Shown: piece after piece, positions 47,712 to 57,211 of the stretch
Layout: every line of letters begins with the position of its first letter
Position numbering within the stretch: position 1 is the stretch's first letter
NCBI GenBank assembly: GCA_002411005.1
Contig: DHQC01000013.1
Coordinates: forward strand, 133,093-197,092
DNA: 64,000 bases
DNA from: Bacillales bacterium UBA5348
GTDB taxonomy: Bacteria > Bacillota_I > Bacilli_A > RF39 > UBA660
Reading direction: 5' to 3'
Notes under the pieces: generated by a model
What the model was told of the DNA's origin: nothing
The model's database searches: none
The model's input: only the letters and a program-made list of their open reading frames with translations
Position numbers and translations under genes: made by a program

Positions 47712-49172
47712 ATGAAAGGGATTAAAATGTTTGCATGTGCACTTGTTGGATTTATGGGTTTTGGAATAATGAGTGTTAATGCATTAGAGGTAAGTGAAAC
47801 ATTTGAAAAAGTATTTCCAAATGGAGAACTTGAAACTTATTCAGTTCCATTTAAAAATATAAATGATCAATGGGTTTTTCTTGATTGGTCTTTCGCAAAT
47901 AATCCTGGTAGTAAAGAATTACCTGCCGGATATGGAGCTTCAATCAGTGATTGTGATGAAAATTGGGTTTGTACAGGGACAATTGGAGAAAGCTGCTCGA
48001 GTCCTGAAGAATGTGCAATAGCATTTAACGAATCTCATAGTGTTAAATTAGTTTTTAATGAATACGACAGGGAAATTGACAAAACAGTAAGTCAGTTAGT
48101 TAAAAAAATAGCAGACGGATCAACTTTTGAAAATATTAAATATTATAATTTAACTGATTTAAATTTAGTGAATTATTATGCTTCAATAAATGATACTGAA
48201 GACGCAATGGATTTAGATAAATCTATCAATTATACTACTGAATTGAAAAAGGATTTCAATAATAGTAATCTTACTTATACTTTTAGTGCAAGAATGGGAG
48301 ATAATTATCCACTTTATTCTTCATTAGGTGGGATATTTGTTGTATATCATAATGGTATTGCATATGGATATGTAGATCCAATTGGAATTCAAAATGCAAA
48401 TGTTATATATGTTCCAACTGATACTGTAACTACTACTGATGCATATATTGCTGCCGCAAAAGAAAGAATAAAAGGATATTTGGGTTATGATGTAGAAATT
48501 ATAGCAGGTGGTAAAAGAGTCACTTTAAAGGTATATCCTGATGATCCTGAATCTGAAAGTTACGATTTTACAAAACTTGGCGATGAAACCTTGATGGGAG
48601 ATTATTACTACAATGTAAAACTTAATGGTAATATATATCAATTTGTTATTATTAGAGATTCTAGTAAAATGCAATCTCCAGAGTATAAATCAGTAGATTT
48701 AAAATCAAATATTGCTGTATCTTCTAATAATGGAACAATTCCGCTTGATGCAAATATCAATACAACAATAATTACTAAAACAGATGATTACAAAATAAAA
48801 GTAAATTCAGATAATGTTTATGTTGTTGATATACAATTGAAGTCAGCATTGAAAACAGATTATATTGCTAAACTAGATAATGGTAAATATTTAGTTAGTA
48901 TTCCAGTACCGGAAAATCTAAACGGTAAAGAAATAATTGCTTATTATATTACAAGTACAGGTGAAAAAGAAGAGCATGTTGTAACAGTAAAAGATGGTTT
49001 TGCATCTTTTGAAACTGATCACTTTAGTACATATATATTAGCAGAAAAAGCAACTTTAACTGAAACTAATCCTCAAACATTTGACGGGGTCATAAATTAT
49101 TTTATTATTGGTATAGTAAGTTTAATTGGACTTCTAGGAACAGGATTATATTTAAGAAAAAGAAATAATTAA
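47712..49172 (+). CDS. Cell-wall-anchored surface protein with NPQT sorting signal (SrtB substrate candidate)
   Basis: Signal peptide. C-terminus ...TNPQTFDGV, a hydrophobic stretch, then LRKRNN. AGAGGAG RBS before ATG 47712. Confidence 0.7.
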   Translation: MKGIKMFACALVGFMGFGIMSVNALEVSETFEKVFPNGELETYSVPFKNINDQWVFLDWSFANNPGSKELPAGYGASISDCDENWVCTGTIGESCSSPEECAIAFNESHSVKLVFNEYDREIDKTVSQLVKKIADGSTFENIKYYNLTDLNLVNYYASINDTEDAMDLDKSINYTTELKKDFNNSNLTYTFSARMGDNYPLYSSLGGIFVVYHNGIAYGYVDPIGIQNANVIYVPTDTVTTTDAYIAAAKERIKGYLGYDVEIIAGGKRVTLKVYPDDPESESYDFTKLGDETLMGDYYYNVKLNGNIYQFVIIRDSSKMQSPEYKSVDLKSNIAVSSNNGTIPLDANINTTIITKTDDYKIKVNSDNVYVVDIQLKSALKTDYIAKLDNGKYLVSIPVPENLNGKEIIAYYITSTGEKEEHVVTVKDGFASFETDHFSTYILAEKATLTETNPQTFDGVINYFIIGIVSLIGLLGTGLYLRKRNN

Positions 49173-49525
49173 AAAAGTTATATTATGAGAATTCACAATT
49201 TGTGAGTTCTTTTTTGTTGACACCTTATTTACTATAGAATAAGTGAATATGCATTTGCTCAGATTGATATAATTGAAAAGTATGCAGTCGAAATTGTTTT
49301 AGGATTCAATGTTGTAAGACCTTATCTTGTTGGAGCTTCAGATGTTGGTGCTTTTGCTTTTGTAACTCTTGGGGACTTCTCCTTACATTGTAACCTCAAT
49401 AAAACCCCCGCTTTAACTTTAGCTGATGCCTATGCCTTATATGAAAATAATCTTGATAGAATTCGCCTATCGTAAAGATTGATACTTAATCTACTTTATT
49501 ATTTGTCTACTATATGGGGTACTTA

Positions 49526-49848
49526 TTCAAAAGGAACTAGGTTTTAAAATAAACACCATTCAAACTGATAACGGTAGTGAGTTTGTAAATAATTAAGAAG
49601 AAACAAAAGAATTAAAGAGATTATGTATTAAACATAAAAGAAAAAGACCATATTCACCTTGGCAAAATGGAAAGGTTGAAAGAAGTCATAGAATGGATAC
49701 AGAAAGATTTTATAATAAGCATGAATTTGCATCTGAAGAAGATTTAATGAAGAAAGTAAAGAGATATGAATCTAGATATAATAACATTTCAAGAAAAGTA
49801 TTAGGATTCAAATCCCTTAATGAAATAGTAGAACAATATTTAATTTAA
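49526..49848 (+). mobile_element. Transposase remnant (rve/DDE integrase C-terminal part, IS481/IS3-like) with an internal stop; no intact IS
   Basis: The frame reads ...LGFKINTIQTDNGSEFVNN*EETKELKRLCIKHKRKRPYSPWQNGKVERSHRMDTERFYNKHEF...RKVLGFKSLNEI, i.e. the TDNGSEF ... PYSPxxNGKVER block of retroviral-type integrase cores. No N-terminal half and no inverted repeats were found. Confidence 0.6.
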
Positions 49849-50037
49849 TATATCAGAGCTATTTATTTTTATAAAAAGTGTGACATATGATTGATTTCTC
49901 TAGAAAAAAATTATAAAAAAGAAATTTTTATGAAGAATTATGTCAAACTTTATGTTAAAATAAGTATGAGGATAGATAAAATTAAGTAGTACATTTAAGC
50001 AGTAAGTAGTAAAAATCTTATCGAAAGGGGAAATACT

Positions 50038-50436
50038 ATGAAAAAGTTTAAATTTTTTGCGATGATTTTAGGCCTATCATTCGGTTTAACCGCAATGGGT
50101 GTAAATGCCTGGACTTATAAACCCTTTGGGATCTTATTTGAAAACTGGGGAACCCAAACTATTAATACCGCATATGCAGACAAAGAAACAGATATAGCAC
50201 AAAAATGGGAAACTCTTGAAGTTTCAAATGGTGGAAACCCTGAAGTTGTGTTACAAGGCAAAACGCTTGGCTCTGTAAGTGATAATGGTTGGAGAGTTTA
50301 TTTATGGAATGGACAAGCATACGAATGGTCTACATACCTTTCAAAACTCGATTCAGAAGATTATAGATTGCAATTTAAAAAGAATGGTTGGACAATTGGA
50401 ATGACTAATGTCACCGGTTTTTGGTGGAAATATTAA
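50038..50436 (+). CDS. Secreted Trp-rich small protein (bacteriocin-like candidate)
   Basis: Sec signal MKKFKFFAMILGLSFGLTAMGVNA; the 108-aa mature part has 11 Trp and ends ...GFWWKY. Immediately upstream of a LanFEG-like ABC transporter. Confidence 0.45.
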   Translation: MKKFKFFAMILGLSFGLTAMGVNAWTYKPFGILFENWGTQTINTAYADKETDIAQKWETLEVSNGGNPEVVLQGKTLGSVSDNGWRVYLWNGQAYEWSTYLSKLDSEDYRLQFKKNGWTIGMTNVTGFWWKY

Positions 50437-50521
50437 TCCAAGTAACAACTAATAGAATATAAGTAGTATGAATAATAATATAAAAATTTTATCTACTCTC
50501 TATTTTTTATTAGGAGGTAAT

Positions 50522-51304
50522 ATGAAAAATAGCAAAAAAAATATTTGTCTTTTTGTAATTTCGGTAGTGGCTTCAATCATAATGGTATTTTTATCCATTA
50601 ATTCACAATATCCCGATGGTTTAGGTATGGACAGAGCACCATTTGATTATGCTTGGTTTGATGTGTATGTTTATACAAGCTCGACATTTTTAGTTGTAGC
50701 AACATTGATTCTAATATTATCATGTAAAAAAATTCATGATTTATATCATTCTGGAATGATAAAAAATATGATTCAACGAGAAACAATTAGTAATATTAAG
50801 AAAAACCTTTTGGCAAATACGTGGTTAAGTGGTCTTTTCCTTTATCCTGTATTTCTGATACTTACATATATTATTTGTTTTATTGTTTTTCCTACTAGAG
50901 GTGCAGGAATAAACATCGGTCCAGATGGACCAATGTATAATTCACTTTTAATTCTTCTTAAATCTTGTGTAATAACAATAATATATTCAATCATTGTTTT
51001 CAACGTCACATTAATAGTGTCTAAAAAAATGAAGAGTTTTGCAGTTACAACAATTTTATCTTTTATAATAATTTTGATTTATTCAGCGATTTCTCAACTA
51101 ATTTTTGTTAACATTTTTAAAACATTTTTATCGGAACAATTCGCCAAAGGATTTGATTTAATTAATGGTTTAATATTTGGGTTTGGAAGCACTATATCAA
51201 TTTTAATACATGGATTCATTTTAGTAATTATAACCACCTTAATTTTAAATAAGATTTATAAGGATACTAATGAAGTTGTTTTGAATTATGAAAATCAAAA
51301 CTAA
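50522..51304 (+). CDS. ABC-2-type permease-like membrane protein (1 of 3)
   Basis: About 6 TM helices. AGGAGGT RBS before ATG 50522. Confidence 0.5.
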   Translation: MKNSKKNICLFVISVVASIIMVFLSINSQYPDGLGMDRAPFDYAWFDVYVYTSSTFLVVATLILILSCKKIHDLYHSGMIKNMIQRETISNIKKNLLANTWLSGLFLYPVFLILTYIICFIVFPTRGAGINIGPDGPMYNSLLILLKSCVITIIYSIIVFNVTLIVSKKMKSFAVTTILSFIIILIYSAISQLIFVNIFKTFLSEQFAKGFDLINGLIFGFGSTISILIHGFILVIITTLILNKIYKDTNEVVLNYENQN

Positions 51305-51998
51305 TGAAAAAATGCTATATGATGAAATAACGAGTAATAAAATACTAACAATAACAGCAATATTTATTACTGCCGTTATATTCACAATAGCTTATACAAA
51401 TGGATTAAAAGGTTCTAATTACTTTGAATTTATAAATGAAATATTTGTTAGTGTACCTTATTGTAGTTTGATTACAATAATTTCTGGGTTACTTATAAAC
51501 TTAATCATATTTAGAAGTTTTCTAGGGAATAATTTGTTAGAACAAAGGTTTAAATCAAAAAAAGATTTATTTAATTATATATTAAAATTCTATTTAAAAA
51601 TATTGTTTATAGTTCTAGGATTTATAATCTTTGCTGTTATGATATTTTCTAATTTATTTTCCCATTTCAATTTGGTTTTTATTACTGATGGAAATATAAA
51701 CGAAAATATTATATTCATATTTATAAATTTATATTTGACTTTGATAAATATTACAATATGGTTTTTAATAAGTTATGTTATATTGAAATTAATTAATGAT
51801 AAATTAGGCATTATAATTGTTGTTTTTATAGCACTATATCAATATGTAAGTCCGACAATATTTAATATTAATATAATGTTTCCATATGTGAATACTTATA
51901 ATAATTTATGGATATTGTTGCTGACTCCAATCTTTATATTTATATTATATAAATTATCAATGATTATATATACTAAACAGAATTGGAAGATTAGATAA
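51288..51998 (+). CDS. ABC-2-type permease-like membrane protein (2 of 3)
   Basis: 236 aa, about 6 TM helices. Overlaps the neighbouring gene. Confidence 0.5.
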   Translation: MKIKTNEKMLYDEITSNKILTITAIFITAVIFTIAYTNGLKGSNYFEFINEIFVSVPYCSLITIISGLLINLIIFRSFLGNNLLEQRFKSKKDLFNYILKFYLKILFIVLGFIIFAVMIFSNLFSHFNLVFITDGNINENIIFIFINLYLTLINITIWFLISYVILKLINDKLGIIIVVFIALYQYVSPTIFNINIMFPYVNTYNNLWILLLTPIFIFILYKLSMIIYTKQNWKIR

Positions 51999-52760
51999 AT
52001 GAAATCAATGATATATAGAGATTTGTTATTGTTTGTTAAGAAAAATTATAAGATTTTAATTTTTATAATTCTATTGTTAGTATTGAAAACAATATTTAAT
52101 TATAATGATTTTATCAATGCAACAAATTCTGTTGATAATTCAGATAATTTATCGCAAAACAATGTAATCGATTTAACTCCATTTGTTTATACAGAAAACC
52201 TGTTTTTTGAAAGATCTTTGGGACTAACGTATGATATAGATGGGATTATTGAAATCATATATATGTGTTTAATTATATCGTTATACATATATGTAGCAGT
52301 TTCAGTTTATTTTTCAGATATAGCTTCAGCACCAGAACAATTGTTTTTGAGAATGAACAAAAAAAAATACGTAATGCAAAAACTTATATCTATTACAGCA
52401 ATAAGTATTTTAATAGATGTAATACTATATTTATCTCTCTTTATAACACTTTCTGCATTAAATGTAAGCTATTTTAATTTTGAATTGCTGTTTGTTAATA
52501 TATTTTATAAAATAATTCTGCAGTTTATAGTAATTGCTTTGTTTGGTTATATAAGCATATACTCATATTTTGTTGTTCTAGGATTACTATTGTCAATTTT
52601 GACATTTAAAATTAAGTATCTATATTTTTTGTTTCCAAGTGGAGTAAAGTTTGATATCTATATAGTCATAGTTTTTATAATAATTTCTATGTTTACATAT
52701 TGGATATGCCACAAGAAAATAATAAGTCTTTTCAGAAAGGAGAAAATGTATGGAATATAA
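51999..52760 (+). CDS. ABC-2-type permease-like membrane protein (3 of 3)
   Basis: 253 aa, about 6 TM helices. Abuts the previous gene. Confidence 0.5.
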   Translation: MKSMIYRDLLLFVKKNYKILIFIILLLVLKTIFNYNDFINATNSVDNSDNLSQNNVIDLTPFVYTENLFFERSLGLTYDIDGIIEIIYMCLIISLYIYVAVSVYFSDIASAPEQLFLRMNKKKYVMQKLISITAISILIDVILYLSLFITLSALNVSYFNFELLFVNIFYKIILQFIVIALFGYISIYSYFVVLGLLLSILTFKIKYLYFLFPSGVKFDIYIVIVFIIISMFTYWICHKKIISLFRKEKMYGI

Positions 52761-53388
52761 AATTGAAGTAAAAGATTTGAACTTAACTATAAATTCACAT
52801 GAAATCCTAAAAAATATTAATTTAAACATTGAATCTGGAAAAATATATGGTTTTATCGGACGAAATGGTAGTGGGAAAAGCATGCTTCTTAAATGTATAT
52901 GTGGATTACTTAAACCGAATACAGGGAGTGTTATTGTTAACAATGAAGACATTTATAAAAAAGACGTGTTTCCAAGTAGTATGAGAGCTTTTATTGACAA
53001 ACCAACATTTATAGGATCTTTAACAGGATATGAGAATTTAGAATTATTAGCTGATATACAAAATATTATAGATGATGAAAAAATTAAAGATACTCTTATA
53101 AAGTGTGATTTAGAAGATCAAATAAATAAAAAATATGGCAAATATTCACTTGGAATGAAACAAAAACTAGCGATTGCTAGTGTCTTGATGGAAAATCCAG
53201 ATATTATGATATTTGACGAACCATTTAATGGAATTGATAATAAAAGTGTTGAAATGATTAGAAAGATAATTCTAGAAGAAAAACAACAGGGAAAAACAAT
53301 TTTGATTGCAACACATATAAAAGAAGATATAGACTTATTATGTGACGTTATATATGAATTGGATTTAGGTCAAATAATCGGCAAGTAA
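52750..53388 (+). CDS. ABC transporter ATP-binding protein (LanF-like)
   Basis: Walker A GRNGSGKS, signature LGMKQKL, and Walker B MIFDEP. Confidence 0.8.
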   Translation: MEYKIEVKDLNLTINSHEILKNINLNIESGKIYGFIGRNGSGKSMLLKCICGLLKPNTGSVIVNNEDIYKKDVFPSSMRAFIDKPTFIGSLTGYENLELLADIQNIIDDEKIKDTLIKCDLEDQINKKYGKYSLGMKQKLAIASVLMENPDIMIFDEPFNGIDNKSVEMIRKIILEEKQQGKTILIATHIKEDIDLLCDVIYELDLGQIIGK

Positions 53389-53589
53389 CAATAATATAGA
53401 TATTTAATTTTAAATATGATCGTGTTTATTTGCAAAATATTTAACTTATTAGAAAATTAGTAATTACTTAAGAAAAATCATTGTCTTAATTCTTTCAGAC
53501 TGTTGGTAAAAACCAATGGTCTTTTTTTAAAAAAAACGTAAAAAATATAAAAAAATTTAACAAAATATTGCTAAATTTTTAATTTTTCT

Positions 53590-53663
53590 TGGCAGGGGCA
53601 GTAGGAGTTGAACCCACATTAACGGTTTTGGAGACCGTCATTCTACCATTGAAATATGCCCCT
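53590..53663 (-). tRNA. tRNA-Trp (anticodon CCA)
   Basis: The reverse complement gives AGGGGCATATTTCAATGGTAGAATGACGGTCTCCAAAACCGTTAATGTGGGTTCAACTCCTACTGCCCCTGCCA. Near-identical architecture to B. subtilis tRNA-Trp. Confidence 0.85.
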
Positions 53664-53747
53664 AAGTAATTTAAATAATATCATATCTAACGAATCTTTT
53701 CAATAACATTTAAAACATTTACACATATATTGTAATAGGTGATATCT

Positions 53748-54173
53748 ATGTTAGTTGCACATACAACAAAGGAATTGGATCTACTAGCTAGGCTTATGAG
53801 AGCTGAAGCAGTTGGTGAAGGTAACTTAGGAATGCTGATGGTTGGCAATGTTGGAATAAATCGTATTATTGCTGAGTGTCTTGATTTTAAAAATATAAGA
53901 ACTATCCAAGAGATGATTTATCAAACCCCAGGCGGTTTTAGCGGAAAGGATAGCCCGATGTTTTTTGGTACCTCGACAACTAAGGAAAAAGAACTAGCAA
54001 CGCGTGTTATTAGAGGCGAGGATTATTATCCGGCAACAAATGCTCTTTGGTTCTATGCCCCGGCAGGAGGAGAAGAGTGTAGAGGCTTTTGGTTCAATCA
54101 ACGTAATGCTGGAAGATATAAATCTCACTGCTTTTATGAACCAGCTCAGGGAGTATGTCCTCAGTTGTATTAA
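53748..54173 (+). CDS. cwlJ: Spore cortex-lytic enzyme CwlJ (SleB-type cell wall hydrolase domain)
   Basis: Collinear with B. subtilis CwlJ (142 aa): DLLARLMRAEAVGEG..GMLMVGNVGINRI...FKNIRTIQEMIYQ...KSHCFY. AGGTGA RBS before ATG 53748. Confidence 0.85.
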   Translation: MLVAHTTKELDLLARLMRAEAVGEGNLGMLMVGNVGINRIIAECLDFKNIRTIQEMIYQTPGGFSGKDSPMFFGTSTTKEKELATRVIRGEDYYPATNALWFYAPAGGEECRGFWFNQRNAGRYKSHCFYEPAQGVCPQLY

Positions 54174-54180
54174 AAACGCA

Positions 54181-54217
54181 AGTATTAAGATAATTAATGC
54201 TTGTTTTTTTATGTTTT
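54181..54217 (+). terminator. Terminator after cwlJ
   Basis: Hairpin GCAAGTATTAAgataaTTAATGCTTG (one mismatch) followed by T7. Confidence 0.5.
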
Positions 54218-54381
54218 TAAGTATGAAGCTTAGTTCTTTATCCATTATATTAATAGATTAGTAATTATAATTGACATTTATTAGTTATACTTTATGTCAA
54301 AAATATAAAATAGTTGTTCTTTTATGACAAAAGTCATTTTTTTTGGTAAAATAAGATTTGTAAGAATAGGAAGGTGACTTC

Positions 54382-56034
54382 GTGTTTACAATTAAAGTCG
54401 AATATAAAAGTAATGTATATTCTTATCCTAAAGGAATTACCTTGTTAGAAATAAGTAGTCAATTTAAGGATGAATATAAATACGATATTATTATTGGAAC
54501 AGTTAATAATAAATTGACTGAACTTAATGCTAAAGTGGATAGAGATTGTATAATTGATTTTTTTGATATCTCATATCTTTTGGGCAATAGAGTTTATGAA
54601 AGAGGACTTGTCTATTTATATACTAAAGCTGTTCAAGATGTGTTACAAAGTGAAGTTCTTGTTGAGCATTCTATTGATAGAGGTCTTTATACTACTTTAA
54701 CAGGTGTTTTAGAAATAACAGATGATGTAGTTAATAAAATTGATAATCGTATGAGGGAACTTGTAAATCTCAAAATTCCCTTTGAAAAGTTAAGTGTATC
54801 AAGACTTGAAGCGATTGATTATTTTGAAGCTAATAAGCGAATTGATATAGCAGAAAGTCTTAGATATATTAGTAATACTTATATTAATTTGTATAGATTG
54901 GATAATTCTTATGACTTTCTTTACGGGGAAATGCCTATTGATACCTCATATTTAAAATACTTTGAATTAACTAGGGTAGAAAACAAAGGAATAGTTTTAA
55001 GGTTTCCTAATTTATATTTAAGTTGTGATATGGCCCCTTATATACATCACAATAAGTTATTTCGTGAATTTGAAAAATATAATGATTGGTGTTCTAAGCT
55101 TAATTTAACAAACGTATCGGATTTGAATGAAGCTATATCAGCTGGACATATTACTGATTTGATATATATGTGTGAAGTAGAACAAAATGGACGTTTAATT
55201 GAAATAGCTAAAACAATCAATGATAACCCAAACTTTAAAATCATCTTAATTGCAGGGCCTTCATCATCTGGTAAAACGACTACTTCTAAAAAACTATGTT
55301 TATTTTTAAGAAGTATGGGGATAATTCCTCATTCATTATCTATTGATGATTACTTTTTAGATCGTGAGTCAACACCTTTAAAAAAAGATGGAAAACCAGA
55401 TTTTGAATCAATTGCAGCTGTAAACATTGATTTGTTTAATGAACATTTAAGAAAATTATTAAATAATGAAGAAGTTCAATTACCTAAATATAATTTTATA
55501 ACTGGTAAAAACGAATTAACTAAAAATAAATTAAAATTAGGAGAGAAGGATATTTTAGTCATAGAGGGGTTACATGCTTTAAATGATGAATTAATAAAAA
55601 CAATTGATAATAATCAAAAATACAAAATATATATTTCACCTTTGACTAATATTAGTTTAGATAATCATAATCGTATAAGTACTAGTGATAATCGCTTGTT
55701 AAGAAGAATGATAAGGGATAATAAATATAGAGGTTATACAGCAGATGTAACTCTATCTAAATGGCAAGATGTTAGAGAAGGTGAAGAGAAACATGTTTTC
55801 CCATATCAAGATGCTGCTGACATAGTTTTTAATACATCGTTGGTTTATGAGCTTGGTATCTTAAGATTATATGCAGAACCATTATTATTTTCCGTAGGTG
55901 AAGATAATAAATATTACGGTGAATCATTAAGGTTATTAAATATTCTTAGAAATATTTTACCAATTACAAGTAAAAGTGTTCCATTAGATTCAATAATTAG
56001 AGAATTTATTGGAAATAGTTATTTTAGAAATTAG
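54382..56034 (+). CDS. Uridine kinase/phosphoribulokinase-family P-loop kinase with N-terminal TGS-like domain
   Basis: 550 aa. Walker A IAGPSSSGKTTT in the C-terminal half. GTG start with AGGAAGGTGA RBS. Confidence 0.6.
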   Translation: MFTIKVEYKSNVYSYPKGITLLEISSQFKDEYKYDIIIGTVNNKLTELNAKVDRDCIIDFFDISYLLGNRVYERGLVYLYTKAVQDVLQSEVLVEHSIDRGLYTTLTGVLEITDDVVNKIDNRMRELVNLKIPFEKLSVSRLEAIDYFEANKRIDIAESLRYISNTYINLYRLDNSYDFLYGEMPIDTSYLKYFELTRVENKGIVLRFPNLYLSCDMAPYIHHNKLFREFEKYNDWCSKLNLTNVSDLNEAISAGHITDLIYMCEVEQNGRLIEIAKTINDNPNFKIILIAGPSSSGKTTTSKKLCLFLRSMGIIPHSLSIDDYFLDRESTPLKKDGKPDFESIAAVNIDLFNEHLRKLLNNEEVQLPKYNFITGKNELTKNKLKLGEKDILVIEGLHALNDELIKTIDNNQKYKIYISPLTNISLDNHNRISTSDNRLLRRMIRDNKYRGYTADVTLSKWQDVREGEEKHVFPYQDAADIVFNTSLVYELGILRLYAEPLLFSVGEDNKYYGESLRLLNILRNILPITSKSVPLDSIIREFIGNSYFRN

Positions 56035-56051
56035 AAGAGGAGAGTGAAATT

Positions 56052-57065
56052 ATGGCAATTAGAATTGCAATCAATGGTTTTGGAAGAATAGGAAGGTTAG
56101 TTACAAGGACAATGTTGGATGATCCTACATTTGAGATTGTTGCGATTAATGATTTAACAGGTTCTGAGGATTTAGCATATTTACTTAAGTATGATACTAC
56201 TCAAGGGAGATTTAAAGAAGATTCAATAAGTTTTGATGAAGAAGGAATTATTGTTGATGGTAAAAAAATAAAGGTTCTAAATGAAAAGGATCCAGCTTTA
56301 TTACCATGGGCAGATTTAAATGTTGATTTGGTATTTGAATGTACTGGTGTTTTCAATAAGAAAGAAAAGGCATCAACTCATATTACTGCTGGAGCTAAGA
56401 AAGTACTTATTTCAGCACCAGCAGGGTCAGATTTAAAAACAATCGTTTATAATGTTAACCATGATACTTTGGATGGAAGCGAAGAGGTTATTTCAGCTGC
56501 AAGCTGTACAACTAACTGTTTAGCTCCTGTCTTGAAAGTAATTGATGATGAATTTGGTATTGAAAAAGGCTTTATGACAACTGTTCATGCTTATACAAAT
56601 GATCAAGTTACATTAGATATAGCTCATAAAAAGGGAATAAAATCTAGAAGAGGTAGAGCAGCAGCTCAAAATATCATTCCTACTTCAACTGGTGCTGCCA
56701 GTGCTGTTGGTCTAGTTATACCAAGTTTGCAAGGTAGACTAGATGGTGCTTCTTTAAGAATTCCAATCCCTGCTGGATCAGTAATTGATTTAGTACTTGA
56801 ATTAAAAAGAAATACAACAGTAGAAGAAATTAACAATACCTTTAAAAACAATGTTAATGAAACAATTAAATATACAGAAGACCCAGTTGTATCAAGTGAT
56901 ATAATTGGAACATATTGTGGAGCTTTAGTTGATGGTTTATGTACTAGTATTGTAGAAGCTGATGGTAAACAGTTAATTAAAATAGTGGCATGGTATGATA
57001 ACGAAATGGGTTATAGTGCTCAAATGGTTAGAACAGCTAAACATTTAGTAGAATTAATTAAATAG
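56052..57065 (+). CDS. gap: Glyceraldehyde-3-phosphate dehydrogenase
   Basis: NAD-binding motif INGFGRIGR and the catalytic region SCTTNCLAP. Confidence 0.95.
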   Translation: MAIRIAINGFGRIGRLVTRTMLDDPTFEIVAINDLTGSEDLAYLLKYDTTQGRFKEDSISFDEEGIIVDGKKIKVLNEKDPALLPWADLNVDLVFECTGVFNKKEKASTHITAGAKKVLISAPAGSDLKTIVYNVNHDTLDGSEEVISAASCTTNCLAPVLKVIDDEFGIEKGFMTTVHAYTNDQVTLDIAHKKGIKSRRGRAAAQNIIPTSTGAASAVGLVIPSLQGRLDGASLRIPIPAGSVIDLVLELKRNTTVEEINNTFKNNVNETIKYTEDPVVSSDIIGTYCGALVDGLCTSIVEADGKQLIKIVAWYDNEMGYSAQMVRTAKHLVELIK

Positions 57066-57211
57066 CATGGTATAGAATAAAATAGTAATAGTCTAACAGC
57101 TACTACTATTTTTATATGGATTGATTCTATTGATGCAGCTGTTAAATCGCTATGGAAAATAATTTTTATACATGATATACTAGAAATGAATTAATAATCT
57201 TAGGAGGATTT

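Noticed and set aside
49200-49520. Open frame upstream of the transposase remnant (...GFNVVRPYLVGASDVGAFAFVTLGDFSLHCNLNKTPALTLADAYALYENNLDRI...) as a further gene fragment.
   Set aside because: No start codon or RBS and no recognisable family. It is probably a decayed fragment inside the IS scar, so it is not called as a feature.
53994-54261. Two overlapping ORFs (minus 83 aa, plus 85 aa) downstream of cwlJ.
   Set aside because: They overlap the cwlJ 3' end and terminator, have no RBS, and look like A/T-rich chance ORFs.
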